NCBI RefSeq assembly: GCF_007741515.1
Contig: NZ_CP036263.1
Span: 3,023,178-3,087,177 of the forward strand
DNA: 64,000 nucleotides
DNA from: Adhaeretor mobilis
Lineage (GTDB): Bacteria; Planctomycetota; Planctomycetia; Pirellulales; Lacipirellulaceae
Direction of reading: 5' to 3'
Position 1 is the stretch's first letter. Each line of letters opens with the position of its first letter. The position numbers were made by a program, and so were the translations under genes. The notes below the pieces were generated by a model. That model had not been told where the DNA came from. It saw only the letters and a list, made by a program, of their open reading frames with translations, and made no database searches. Below, one piece after another: positions 1 through 10,948 of the stretch.

Positions 1-927
1 CAACGGAGTCATCGGCGATGAGGGTAAAAAACCGCAGGTCGTGCCAGCAACAACCTGCGTGGCCTGCATGAGTAGCTTAGATTCGCAGATCCATTGCCTG
101 CTTGAAGATTGGGTGTGCTTTCAAATGCGCTCGAATAAGTAGTTCGTGATTTCTCGTTCGTCCAACCGGGTGGCACTTCGTCAAACACCCTTTGATCCAT
201 AGGCCACAATACAAATCTCGGTGCGGCTGAACCGATAGCCGTGCCTCTGATCATGCTACGCTATTGTAATAGGAAATGGCTAAGTTAGCTAAATGTGGAC
301 AGAATAAATCCACCTGAAGAACTCTTTTCTAGCGAAACGAGAGCCGAAGGCCGAGGTGAAAGTCGTTTAGTGATGGGCTCGGCTGAAGGGGGACAGGTCA
401 TGACTTCTGCTGAGGCGTCGGCTGCTGAATTCAGTGTGGCAGGCTGCGTCGAAACAACGCGCACCACGCGAATCGGTTTTTGGCGTCTGTCACGGTCACT
501 AACAGCCAATTTAGTATTCTCTGACTACTCATAATGACCAATCTCAGCTCGCTCTCGGTCGCCATCAGTGAGATGCGTAGCCCAGTCAAGACTCTGGAGA
601 GCAGTCGCAGGGCAAGTCATTCTAGCAATTTTATCGAATCGCTTGTTTGGTTGTCCACAATCGTGGGCTCTATGCCATATACTTTTACAGAGTGAACTGA
701 CCGCCATGGAATAGTCAAGCAACTGCTACACGACAGAAATCCAGAATGTGCGCTACTCGAGTTTTTTAGTGTTCGGATCCGTCGGCACCTCGATGTTGGC
801 GCAAGTGAGTCTTCCCCTCTCACCGAATTTCCCTTTGCCATCGTAGAACGCGACAGGATCAATATACGGTAGACCTTTGAAGTTGCTCCCGTGTGGAAGG
901 TACACGTCAGATTGAACGGACTATTTC

Positions 928-2013
928 TTGCAGCAGGCGTCCCTGCCGTCGCGCCCCTTTTCATGTGAAAACAAGAGACCATCGGCGATGGATAGAACCT
1001 TCACAAGCAGAATGTGCGTCATAGCCGTATTGGCAGCCTGTGGCCTGCCGATCTTCCCATGTACTGTCGCCAAGGCAGTAGAAGACGTTGTCGCTACGGT
1101 AAACGGGCACGACATCACACTTCCCGAATTCCGTCGCAGCCTTTTGGATCACCGGGCCGCGGTGTTCGACTATTTCAGCCGCCAATACGGGGCTGATGAA
1201 GTTCAGGGGAAGTTCTGGACGAGTTCTTTCGATGGTGAAGTGCCCCTTAAGAAGCTTCGCAAGTTGGCGCTCGACTCCTCGGTGCGGATTAAGTTGCAAC
1301 AGCAGCTTGCACTCGAGAAAGGACTGGTACGAGACATCAGTTATGCCGCTTTTCTCAGACGCCTAGCAGAAGAAAACCGGAATAGAAAAAGAGCAGTCGA
1401 AAACCATGAACCGATCTATGGACCGGTCGAATACAGCGAGAGCACAGGGTATACCCACAATTTTAGCTTGCTTGTTGTGAGGCTAAAACAAAGTCTGGCT
1501 GACGACGATTGCGAGATCACCGTAGCGGAGCTGCGTGACTTTTATGAAGCAAACAAGGAGCAATTCAAGAGGCCGGATCCAGTGACTTTTCGGGGGCTGC
1601 GCGCCAGTGATACCGATGCCAAGGAAATTCTTCGCCAACTCGCCAGTCAGCTTCGGGAAGGCGGCGAGATAAAGGACTCGATGCAAAGTAAGCGTGCCGG
1701 TTTAGTCTATTTCGAACAAACCATACGTGACACGGCAAGGCGTGGTGAGCTGTCCGGCAGCGTTGACTTTTCCCCAGAGGTGCGCGAGCTACCAATGGGT
1801 GCAATCAAGCTTTTCGATCAAGCGAGCGAATTATTCCTGATTCAAGTAGTCGCACGCCGCGACATGGGGTATTACCTCTTCAACGACAAGCTGAAGCGTG
1901 TACTTCAAAGGCGCTACATTGACCATGCCTACGAGAGCTCCATTGCACAGCGAGTGAATGAGGCTGAGGTCGTCGTTGACGAACTAGTGTACGGCCGGGT
2001 CATGGCGCATTAA
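928..2013 (+). CDS. hypothetical secreted protein (N-terminal signal peptide, cleavage AVLAACG/LPIFPC)
   Basis: 361-aa ORF with a hydrophobic N-terminus; no diagnostic catalytic motif recognised; a SurA-like chaperone fold is only a guess. Confidence 0.4.
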   Translation: MQQASLPSRPFSCENKRPSAMDRTFTSRMCVIAVLAACGLPIFPCTVAKAVEDVVATVNGHDITLPEFRRSLLDHRAAVFDYFSRQYGADEVQGKFWTSSFDGEVPLKKLRKLALDSSVRIKLQQQLALEKGLVRDISYAAFLRRLAEENRNRKRAVENHEPIYGPVEYSESTGYTHNFSLLVVRLKQSLADDDCEITVAELRDFYEANKEQFKRPDPVTFRGLRASDTDAKEILRQLASQLREGGEIKDSMQSKRAGLVYFEQTIRDTARRGELSGSVDFSPEVRELPMGAIKLFDQASELFLIQVVARRDMGYYLFNDKLKRVLQRRYIDHAYESSIAQRVNEAEVVVDELVYGRVMAH

Positions 2014-2112
2014 CGATGGATGACTGTTTGGACAGTGGCAATGTTCTAAATCCCATTAAGATGCGCGAAATCCGTTTTTCGCGAACATGAAATCAAGTCA
2101 GGAGAATCAATT

Positions 2113-3657
2113 GTGAAATCAACACGAGATTCTATTGGTAAGAGTTTGCTCCCGTTATTTCTAGCTGTTCTCTTGCCGCTAGAACTTGCGGCAGAGACTT
2201 ACCATATCGACTCTGCTGCTGGCGACGACCTTGCCGCAGGGAACTCGATTGACACGGCGTGGCGCACCTTGAAAAAAGTCAATGCAACTACCTTTATGCC
2301 GGGTGATCGCATTCTCTTTAAGGCCGGCGGCGCGTGGAGTGGGCAACTCCACCCAAAGGGGTCGGGCAACCTGGACAAACCAATCATGATCGACCGGTAC
2401 GGGGAAGGACCTCGACCCATCATTGCCGGCCAAGGCGCCACAGAGCTGCCCGGGAGAGCTGCAGTCTATCTCTATAACCAGGAGTATTTCGAGATTGCCA
2501 ACTTGGAGATTACCAATTATCTGGAAGGAGACAGCGGGGCCAAATGCGGCATCTACGTTCTCGCTGAGGACTTTGGCGCGGTCCATCATATCCATCTTCG
2601 CAATCTTTTCGTACACGATGTGAACGGCAATCTGAAAACGAAGTACAACGGAGGAGTCTTCTTGGAAGTCGTTGGCAGCAAGAAGAAGACGTGGTTTGAC
2701 GATCTGCTCATCGAGGGTTGCCATATTCGCGATGTCGACAGAACCGGCATCTCCAATCAGTCTGAGTGGCGTTTTCGCAGCTTGGAGGATGACGGCAATT
2801 GGGTTCCCAACAAGCATGTTGTCATTCGGAACAACATCGTCGAAAGGGCGGGACAGAACGGATTGATAGTTCGCTGTACCGATTCGCCTCTGATCGAGCA
2901 CAACTTGTTCAAGGATAATGGTGGCAAAGGCACTGGCAACGCAATGTTCACGTACAACTGCGACAATGCCCTCGTGCAATTCAACGAATCCTACGGCACC
3001 AAGTTCGCCCCTGGTCAGATCGATGGAGCCGGTTTCGATAGCGACTACCAGTGCAAGAACTCTGTTTTTCAATACAATTACAGTCACGACAACGACCACG
3101 GATTTATCCTGGTCTGCTGCCAGGGGCGTACGACTGATTTCAACGACGGCACCGTGGTCCGCTATAACATCAGCCAGAACGACGGGGGGAATGTATTTCG
3201 TATCTCTGGCAAGGTCACTAACACGTCCATTTACAATAACGTGCTCTATCAAGGGCCGAAAAGGGAAACACGGGTGATTTGGCACAAAGAATGGGACGAC
3301 GCTTGGCCCGATGGAACCGCCTATTTCAACAACATCTTCTACAATCTGGGAAGCGGCGGCTATGATTTCGGCATTAGCAAGGACAACCGGTTCGAGAGCA
3401 ACATCTTCTATGGGAATCACCCTGACTCTGAACCCGAGGATCCACATAAGTTGACTAGCGATCCCTTACTTGTCGCCCCTGGAGAGGGAAAAGTGGGACG
3501 GGATTCGCTTGCGGGATATCAACTAAAAAAAGGGTCGCCAGCCATCGACTCCGGCCAGAAGATTTCGGACATGCCACCCGTGGACTTCTGGGGCAACCCG
3601 CTTCATCGCAGTCGTGTCCCCGACCGTGGTGCCTTTGAATATGAAGTGGAGCAGTAG
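2113..3657 (+). CDS. secreted right-handed parallel beta-helix repeat protein (pectate-lyase/NosD-like fold)
   Basis: signal peptide LLPLFLAVLLPLELAA; repeated N-x-I/V-x-x-N beta-helix rungs (NNIVERAGQNGLIV, EHNLFKDNGG, VVRYNISQNDGGNVF); the antisense ORF 2179..3447 is spurious. Confidence 0.6.
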   Translation: MKSTRDSIGKSLLPLFLAVLLPLELAAETYHIDSAAGDDLAAGNSIDTAWRTLKKVNATTFMPGDRILFKAGGAWSGQLHPKGSGNLDKPIMIDRYGEGPRPIIAGQGATELPGRAAVYLYNQEYFEIANLEITNYLEGDSGAKCGIYVLAEDFGAVHHIHLRNLFVHDVNGNLKTKYNGGVFLEVVGSKKKTWFDDLLIEGCHIRDVDRTGISNQSEWRFRSLEDDGNWVPNKHVVIRNNIVERAGQNGLIVRCTDSPLIEHNLFKDNGGKGTGNAMFTYNCDNALVQFNESYGTKFAPGQIDGAGFDSDYQCKNSVFQYNYSHDNDHGFILVCCQGRTTDFNDGTVVRYNISQNDGGNVFRISGKVTNTSIYNNVLYQGPKRETRVIWHKEWDDAWPDGTAYFNNIFYNLGSGGYDFGISKDNRFESNIFYGNHPDSEPEDPHKLTSDPLLVAPGEGKVGRDSLAGYQLKKGSPAIDSGQKISDMPPVDFWGNPLHRSRVPDRGAFEYEVEQ

Positions 3658-3860
3658 ATTCATGAGAAATCCGAATGCTTTGCCGTCGGCTTTTTGATAA
3701 ATCTAGTCCGTCTAAAACCGCACGCACAAACCGGGAGGAGTGAGATTGTCGTCTCGCCAGTTACCGTCGACCCGGAGATTATGCGGCTGCCCTAATGCAA
3801 TCGAGCTAAGACACTCACCGACGACCTCGAGGTTATGAGAGAGGCCCGGTCGTCCTGAAA

Positions 3861-3893
3861 AAACCACTGCGTTTACAGTGGTTTTCTGATCTT
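3861..3893 (+). terminator. rho-independent terminator-like hairpin
   Basis: AAAACCACTG-cgtttac-CAGTGGTTTT perfect 10-bp stem followed by a TTTTCTG run. Confidence 0.4.
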
Positions 3894-4440
3894 ACTACGG
3901 GCTCAAGTCGCTTGAAAGGACATCAAGTATTATCATCGATTAGCAAGCGTTAGCGCTTTTTTGACGCAGCGTGCGTAGTCACTTTGCGAGCGCTACCCGT
4001 GAAGAAAATCGGGCGCGTGTTTTGCGAAATCTTGTCTCCACTCAACTACAAGTCGAGTGCCTGATGAAAAGCTACGAGTCGCGGTAATCGCATCGCATCG
4101 GATTTCCCGCAGTAGTTATTCCATCCAAGGTGTCAGCTCACTAGGGCAGGCAATCCCCAAATAGCTAAGAGCTTCGCGATAAGAATCGCTCACCCCAAGT
4201 GCCATTTTCAAAGCTGCGATCTATCTGCCGCTAGAATAGTAGCCAGTCATTTACCGATCGGCGTCCGCTGATCGCTCTCGTTATCCCCCTCCTCCCAGGC
4301 TCTGAAAAGAAATGGAAGGCAAGCTGTTCAGCTTGAGAAACACAGGAGCAAACTTTCTCGGGCTTTCCCGAATCAACGCGAGTCTCTTGGCCTGCCCCCA
4401 AAACCTAGTCCATGTGTTATGAGAGTCTAACCCGCCAATT

Positions 4441-4677
4441 TTGGCCAGGAGCGACGTGATGCTCAACACGGGCAAAGACGTGGCAGCGGTGCTGCAAGCC
4501 TTGGAGATTAGCGAAGCGACCTACCACCGCTGGCGTGCGAAGTACGGCGGTATGAAGGCCGAAGAAGCGAAGCGACTGAAACAGCTTGAAGACGAGAACC
4601 AGCGTCTGAAAGAGATCGTGGCTGACCAGCAACTCGACATCAAGATGCTGAAGCACCTGGCAGAGGGAAGCTGGTAA
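4441..4677 (+). pseudogene. IS3-family transposase OrfA-like fragment (HTH + leucine zipper)
   Basis: TYHRWRAKYGG HTH and LKQLEDENQRLKEIVADQQLDIKMLKHL zipper; flanked by 21-bp direct repeats at 3819-3839 and 4718-4738. Confidence 0.5.
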
Positions 4678-4906
4678 GCCCTGCTCGGAAGCGTGCGGAC
4701 ACACAGAACTTCAAGAGCGACGACCTCGAGGTTATGAGGCCCACAAGCCTGAATTGCTGAAACTACAACACTGACAGAGACTCACGCAATTCATATCCCC
4801 GCTTGCAAGCTTGCAACCATTAGCAAGGGACCTCAATTTTTAGCAACGATTAGCAAAAAATCGTAGCGCAAGCGGGGATGCCAATAGCCGGTCTAAGGGC
4901 CCTCGA

Positions 4907-6085
4907 TTGAGGTCGCAACTTGCGAGATTTCGCCGATCAGCGAGAATCAAAACCAACCCCAGGTGTTCAGCTAGATTGTCACAATGGAATCCTCGGTCTT
5001 TTCGCACGAAAGTCTCATGTATGAACAGCTGGTTCTCGCCGTTGCTGTACCTATCGGCAAGCTCATCAGAGGGTGATTTGCGTCGCCACATCGAGTTCTT
5101 GAAGGCAGAGAATGAGATGCTTCGACGGCGCGTGCCCAAGCAACGGATTTTCCTGGATAAGGGAGAGCGAGAGCGACTGATGAAGCTGGGGAAAGCCATT
5201 GGCCCTGGAGTCCTGAAACTAATTAAGATTGTCCATCCCCGAACCCACCAGCGATTGTACCAATGGCAAAGGGATGTGAAACCAGCCAAGCGAATGGGCC
5301 GAACAAAGACTGTAGAGTCGGTTCGACAGCTGGTTATCAGAATCGCCAGAGAAACTGGCTGGGGCTACGGCCGCATCGTGGGAGAATTACGAAAACTAAG
5401 AATACATTGTGTTGGTCGCACAACGGTGAGAACAATACTGAAAGAGGAGGGCGTCAATCCTAGCCCCAAACGGGGCAAGGGCACCTGGGACGAGTTTGTG
5501 AAGATCCACGCGGACACTCTGTGGCAAGTCGATTTCTTCAGCAAGAAGGTCGTCACCAAGACGGGCTTGAAGCAAGCGTTCGTGTTGGCGTTCCTGCACG
5601 TGTAGTCACGGCGGGTAATCTGCTCTCCTGCGACATTTAACCCAATATCCGAATGGATGGTTTCCCAAGCAGAGGCACTGATTCAGCAGGCAGATGCTGC
5701 TAGCCTGCCGATCCGATACTTGATTCGAGATCGTGATGGGTGTTACTCACGTGAGTTCGACGAGGTGTTTGAAAAAGCAGACGTCTTAGTCGAGCCCACC
5801 GCACCCCGAGCACCCAATCAGAATGCCTACATCGAACGTTGGATTGGTTCGTTAAAGTATGAATGCCTGAATCGGTTTATTACCTTCGGGCTTAGGCACC
5901 TCGACTACATCGTGGGCGAATACGCATCCTTCTACAACGAACTCAGGCCACATCAGCGGAAAGATAACCGCCCACTCACTGGCTCTTGGCTAGCAGTTGA
6001 TGAACCGCTCATTCAAGAAAGCGATATCGTCTGCGAAACACGCCTAGGCGGTGTGCTCAAGAATTACGAACGGATGGCTGCTTAA
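4907..6085 (+). mobile_element. degraded IS (IS3/IS481-like) transposase, split into two ORFs (4907..5605 and 5657..6085) by a frameshift or stop
   Basis: zipper EFLKAENEMLRRR, HTH_21-like GRTTVRTILKEEG, LWQVDFF (W-D motif), then rve-core DRDGCYS ... NQNAYIERWIGSLKYECL (the D..D..E acidic residues of the DDE motif) in a second frame. Confidence 0.55.
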
Positions 6086-6207
6086 AAACACATAATACTG
6101 ACTGATTCTTTGCCAGAGCAATTCGACTATTTGACTGTGTAAGTCGGCAACGACCCGAACTTATTTGATAGGGATTTACAGGTAACAAATGTTATGAATA
6201 AAAAGCA

Positions 6208-7407
6208 TCAAGTTAGCGTAGCCGTCTTGATGCGTGTCGCCAGCGACTGCAAGTCAGTCCCCCTAAGCGCGCCTTCCACCAGCTCAGGCAATTTCTGCGG
6301 CGTGCAGCCAAAGCAGGGAATTCCCAGACTAGCTAGCTTTTTAGCTAGCCCTTCGTCGTAACTGGGAATGCCACTATCAGACAGGGCGAGAAGGCACAGC
6401 ACACGAACTCCGGATTCGACCATCTCACTCAGCCGACGCACTAACTGCGCTTCGTTGCCACCCTCGTATAGGTCGGTTAGAAGGATAAAGAGCGTCTCGC
6501 CTGGTTCGGTGATGAATTGCTGGCAATAGGCCACTGACTGATTGATATCCGTACCGCCTCCCAGTTGAACTCCGAACAACATATCGACCGGGTCATCGCC
6601 ACATTGTTCGGTTAAATCGACTACCTCAGTATCGAACGCCACGACATGCGTCTTAAGCGCTGGCAGGCTGGCGAAGATTGAGCCAACCACCGCGCCGTAG
6701 ACAACCGATTCAGCCATTGAACCACTTTGATCCATGTCGACAATGACCGTCCAATTGTTCGTGCGCTGGGCTCTTGAATAGAAATAGACGCGTTCGGGAA
6801 TCAAAAGCCCGAGTTCGGCGTTGTAATTCTTGAGATTGCGCCCGATTGTCCATTTCCAGTCGATGCTATTCACATGGGGAATTGGCGAGTGTTCGTTGCG
6901 GTTGAGTGCGCCAAGTACCGCCTGTCGTATTTTCTGTTCGAGCGAAAGCTTGATCTTGTCGACTACGGCCCGCACAACCATCCGAGCCGTCTCTTTTGTG
7001 CGTTCCGGGATTTGACCTTTTAGCGCCATCAGTGTGCCCACTAACTGGACATTCGGTTGGACATTCTTGAGCATCTCGGGCTCAAATAACAACTGCGTCA
7101 TTCCTTTACGCTCAATCGCGTCTTGTTGGATAACGGTGACGACATCTTCTGTGAAATATGTGCGGACGTCCCCTAGCCATTTTGCCAACCTAGGGGCCGA
7201 CTTCTCGAGACCGGCGCCCCGAGACGAAGATTGTTCCGCATCCGTTTCATCGTAAATCGCCGCAAGCGCTTCATCCATTAGCAGTTGATCGGCACTGAGT
7301 GCCAGCCCTCCCGAGCTGTAGTCGGAGAGTTGATCTTGAGAGTCCTTGCCTAGAATCAAACGCCAACGGCGAAGTTGAGCGTCATCGATCGCTTTTTCAT
7401 TCGTCAT
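6208..7407 (-). CDS. von Willebrand factor A (VWA) domain protein with MIDAS motif
   Basis: VIVDMDQSGSMAE (DxSGS MIDAS); last gene of the five-gene minus-strand operon; YehP-like. Confidence 0.7.
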   Translation of the reverse strand: MTNEKAIDDAQLRRWRLILGKDSQDQLSDYSSGGLALSADQLLMDEALAAIYDETDAEQSSSRGAGLEKSAPRLAKWLGDVRTYFTEDVVTVIQQDAIERKGMTQLLFEPEMLKNVQPNVQLVGTLMALKGQIPERTKETARMVVRAVVDKIKLSLEQKIRQAVLGALNRNEHSPIPHVNSIDWKWTIGRNLKNYNAELGLLIPERVYFYSRAQRTNNWTVIVDMDQSGSMAESVVYGAVVGSIFASLPALKTHVVAFDTEVVDLTEQCGDDPVDMLFGVQLGGGTDINQSVAYCQQFITEPGETLFILLTDLYEGGNEAQLVRRLSEMVESGVRVLCLLALSDSGIPSYDEGLAKKLASLGIPCFGCTPQKLPELVEGALRGTDLQSLATRIKTATLT

Positions 7408-7445
7408 AACAATCGCCTGATTATTGATTTGCCGATGGTTAGAAC

Positions 7446-9827
7446 TCAGAGATCATCAAAATCAAACTCGTTCAAATCGTCGATGGCCTGTTCCTCATCC
7501 TCCAAAAGGGGTTGCGATAGCACTTCGCTGGTCAGGTCTCCACCGACTCCCCAACATTCGCCAAGATTCTCGGAGATCGATCGTTTCTCCTGCGGGCTGA
7601 AGCTGCCAAACGCTCTGCGCAGAAAAACCAACGCCCGTGAAAACTGTTCGTCGTCCAACGACTTGACGTAGTCAGCCAGTTGTTCCCATAAAACTTGGCG
7701 TGCCAGCAGAGCATAGCGATTCCTGCCGGAAAGGCCTTCAAACCATCCGGCTCCCAAGTCGGCTTCGATTCCAGGAGATAAACGACGCGAAACTTCGCGA
7801 CCGAGTTGCTCGTTAGTGATCTCGTTGCGTTCCAGCAATATTGCACAAGCGTAACCCGAAAGCAGCGGGTTGTGATCGTCAGCGTCTGAAAGGTTGTGTA
7901 ATTGCGCGATCCAAGCAGGTTCGTCAACTTGGTCGTGGTACTCCAAGGCGACTTTATTCAAAGCGTCCATGCCACTTGCGATTGGCTTTGCTGCGTCGTT
8001 GCCACAATTCGTCGCGTGGAACAGTCCCAGCGTGCCTTGTACGAATAGTGCTTCGATCAAGGGCACCAGAGGCTTCGGATCGAACTGACGCACATCCCCA
8101 TAGCGGACCACGACTGAAAGCTCCTGAGCCGCCTGCGCAATCGACGGAAACGCCGAAGTATCTGCTGACAGTCTTTGCAAAACGCCGCGTGCTTGGTCCA
8201 TCGCACGCATCATCCCGCATTCGCACGCTAAGCGGACCATTGAACCAGCGGCACCGATAGTCGTGCATTTTTCCAATTCTGTTTTGAACTTAAAAGCTGC
8301 TGCCAATTCGACGGTTTCTCCCAATAGAACGGCTTCGACAAGGCCGATTTCTGCTCCGGGCGTCCAGTGCAAGTGCCAACGTTCGCGCCAGGTGGTTGAT
8401 TCTTGCTTGTCTGGCTGAGGCGCGGCAAACGAAACCTCCAGCAAGGACAGACGATTAAGGAACGAAGATCGGCTCAAGTCCAGAAACGCGGCCGCTTCGG
8501 TTTTCGCCCGTCGGTTCTCGCGTAGATCGAGTGCCAGCTCTTGTTTCACGCCTTCGCGATATTTCGTTAGTTTCAGCCTCTCTAGTTCTCGGTCAAAATC
8601 TTCTTGTATTGAGGTCTGACTGACCCCCTTGGGTAATCGTCCGATGGCGGTACCGACTTCCACGCGTGCTAGCGACTCTTGCACGACCGAGCGTTCACCG
8701 TGTCCTATCAGTGTGATCGCCGCGTCCTGTAAGTCTCGCAAAGTGGGAGCTAATCCCTCCTTAAGGGCCGAAAGTGTTTTGGCTAAGCGCACGCCCTCGA
8801 TGACTTCCGCTGTCGAACGGGACGTTCCGGCCTTGCGGAGGTGTCGTGTAACCAACGAGAGGTAACGCGCCGGCAATTGTGACAATTCGTCGGCCTCAAT
8901 GGCCTCCCACAGCAACTCGAAGTAGGCGGGAGCGCGATTGCCAGCGCCGTAGCCCGACTGCGAGGAAAGCTTGAAATACGAGTAGGGCATCAACGTGAGC
9001 TTGCTCGCCAAAGAGCTGAGCGATTCCAGCTCGCTGTCTGTCATGGCAGGCTCGCCATCGTTTAGTACCGGCGCATGAAATGCGCCTACGATCGCCACGA
9101 CTTTCTCGGCAGGGCAACCGCTGGCAAGGACATGCTGAATCCGTCGCCGCATGTACGCTTCGCGAACAAGATTTTCCGCATGAAAAAAAGGTTCTCGACT
9201 GTCGCACTCACGGAGTCCCCGGCCGAATTCAAAGGAGGATTGACGATAGGCATCGGCAGCTCCGTTGTGCTCGAAATTCCGCTCCCAATAGCTTTCGTAG
9301 TCGTGTTCGCCGACTAGTTCCGCCATTCGTGCATACATCGCCCACGACGCCTCGGGAGCGCTGTTGTCGCCAAGCGTCTCGCCATTTGCATCTTCAACAG
9401 GAGGTTCGTCAGGCCTTCTTTCTCCTTCTTCCTCTTCGGCAGCTATCTCGGCCTGTAACTCTGCCAGCCGCCTTTCCTCCTCGTTTGCTTGCAACGCTAA
9501 GAATTTGTCGGATGGCAAGTCAAAGAATTCGACACGTGCCTTGTTTTCCTTAGACCAGGCAATTGCCTGATACTCGGGACTATACTTTGCCAACGGATAA
9601 ACGAGCGTACGAACCGGCACTTCTTGGGTATATGCAAGAATTGCAATTGGCGGCTGCGTTCCCTTGCGAACGATGTCCGAGATCAAGTAGGTCGCATCCT
9701 CCAAGCCTTCCACCAACACGACCCGAGGTTGCACTTCGTCCAAGAACCGGCGCAGCTGCCAAGCTCCCATCGGTGACAGATGGCGAACTCCAAACGTTGG
9801 CACCATGGTTTCTGTCGTTTTAGGCAT
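7446..9827 (-). CDS. large uncharacterised protein (793 aa), YehM/DUF5682-like by position and size
   Basis: no catalytic motif recognised; acidic Glu/Asp-rich segment in the middle; translationally coupled (overlaps the upstream ATPase gene by 8 nt). Confidence 0.45.
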   Translation of the reverse strand: MPKTTETMVPTFGVRHLSPMGAWQLRRFLDEVQPRVVLVEGLEDATYLISDIVRKGTQPPIAILAYTQEVPVRTLVYPLAKYSPEYQAIAWSKENKARVEFFDLPSDKFLALQANEEERRLAELQAEIAAEEEEGERRPDEPPVEDANGETLGDNSAPEASWAMYARMAELVGEHDYESYWERNFEHNGAADAYRQSSFEFGRGLRECDSREPFFHAENLVREAYMRRRIQHVLASGCPAEKVVAIVGAFHAPVLNDGEPAMTDSELESLSSLASKLTLMPYSYFKLSSQSGYGAGNRAPAYFELLWEAIEADELSQLPARYLSLVTRHLRKAGTSRSTAEVIEGVRLAKTLSALKEGLAPTLRDLQDAAITLIGHGERSVVQESLARVEVGTAIGRLPKGVSQTSIQEDFDRELERLKLTKYREGVKQELALDLRENRRAKTEAAAFLDLSRSSFLNRLSLLEVSFAAPQPDKQESTTWRERWHLHWTPGAEIGLVEAVLLGETVELAAAFKFKTELEKCTTIGAAGSMVRLACECGMMRAMDQARGVLQRLSADTSAFPSIAQAAQELSVVVRYGDVRQFDPKPLVPLIEALFVQGTLGLFHATNCGNDAAKPIASGMDALNKVALEYHDQVDEPAWIAQLHNLSDADDHNPLLSGYACAILLERNEITNEQLGREVSRRLSPGIEADLGAGWFEGLSGRNRYALLARQVLWEQLADYVKSLDDEQFSRALVFLRRAFGSFSPQEKRSISENLGECWGVGGDLTSEVLSQPLLEDEEQAIDDLNEFDFDDL

Positions 9828-10941
9828 TCTGGTCCGAACAGGCGTTGAACAGTGGCCGCCAGCTCGCCCCTCGTTTTTTCATGACGTTTTTCAGATACTC
9901 AGACCAAACGACATGATCTTTTTCTTCGTCTTTTACAACTGAGCCCTGTAATGCAGCCGCGATATCTTCGTCGGTGATGGTCCCTGAGCCGAAGTTGCCG
10001 GCGAGCGCCATGCTGTTGGCTAGAAGCGAAATGGCTTCTGCTGTCGATAGTACACCGGATGGCGATTTCACTTTATTTTTGCCATCAAGGGTCTGCCCCG
10101 ATCGCAACTCGCGGAAGATGGTCACAACCTTTTCTACCGCATCCTCAGTGGGCACTTCAGCCTGGAGGTCAAGATTCGATGCTAGTTGCTCAACGCGGCT
10201 AGTCACAATTTGAATTTCTGTTTCGATGCTGGCCGGAGACGGAAGCACGACAAGATTGAAACGTCGCTTGAGCGCTGCCGACATGTCGTTGACTCCCCGA
10301 TCGCGGGTGTTAGCCGTTGCGATGACCGAAAAACCTTTTTGGGCGGGGATTTCTTTTTCGAGTTCGGGAAGCGAAAGTCGTTTCTCGGAAAGCAGCGAAA
10401 TCATCGCGTCCTGTACTTCCGAAGCACAACGCGTGATCTCTTCAAAACGAGCGAGTGATCCTTCTTCCATGGCGCGATAAACCGGACTTTTGATCAATGC
10501 CTGATCGCTGGGACCGCTGGCAATGAGCATCGCGTAGTTCCAGGTATATCGAATCTGCTCTTCGGTTGTGCCGGCCGTGCCCTGCACCACTTTTGTTGAG
10601 TCGCCGTTGATGGCAGCTGCCAGGTGCTCTGACAGCCAGGACTTGGCGGTCCCTGGCTCGCCAATCAAAAGCAATGCGCGATCGGTGATCAAGGTAGAAA
10701 TTGCGATCTCGACCAAACGCTGATTGCCGACGTACTTGGGAGTAATCGCCAACTTGCCCGAATTGCCACCGCAGATGTAAGTCAATACCGCCCGAGGCGA
10801 CATACGCCAACCCGTGGGCTTTTCGTGCATATCGTTCTTGATTAGCTCGTCGATTTCTTCTGCGAAAAGGATCTCAGCAGGTTGCCGAAGCATTTTGCCA
10901 TTGGATTCTTGAGTCATCTTCGGAGCCTGTTTTTTTGCCAT
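9820..10941 (-). CDS. AAA+ ATPase, MoxR/AAA_5-like (YehL-like)
   Basis: Walker A LLIGEPGTAKS, Walker B/sensor region ATANTRDRGVNDMSAALKRRF. Confidence 0.7.
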   Translation of the reverse strand: MAKKQAPKMTQESNGKMLRQPAEILFAEEIDELIKNDMHEKPTGWRMSPRAVLTYICGGNSGKLAITPKYVGNQRLVEIAISTLITDRALLLIGEPGTAKSWLSEHLAAAINGDSTKVVQGTAGTTEEQIRYTWNYAMLIASGPSDQALIKSPVYRAMEEGSLARFEEITRCASEVQDAMISLLSEKRLSLPELEKEIPAQKGFSVIATANTRDRGVNDMSAALKRRFNLVVLPSPASIETEIQIVTSRVEQLASNLDLQAEVPTEDAVEKVVTIFRELRSGQTLDGKNKVKSPSGVLSTAEAISLLANSMALAGNFGSGTITDEDIAAALQGSVVKDEEKDHVVWSEYLKNVMKKRGASWRPLFNACSDQNA

Positions 10942-10948
10942 GGTACAG

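Noticed and set aside
9-920. Small ORFs at the window start
   Set aside because: No domain motifs and overlapping frames. Possibly the truncated end of an upstream gene, but unsupported.
2179-3447. 422-aa minus-strand ORF
   Set aside because: Entirely antisense to the beta-helix protein gene; no motifs and low-complexity Val-rich translation. Judged a spurious shadow ORF.
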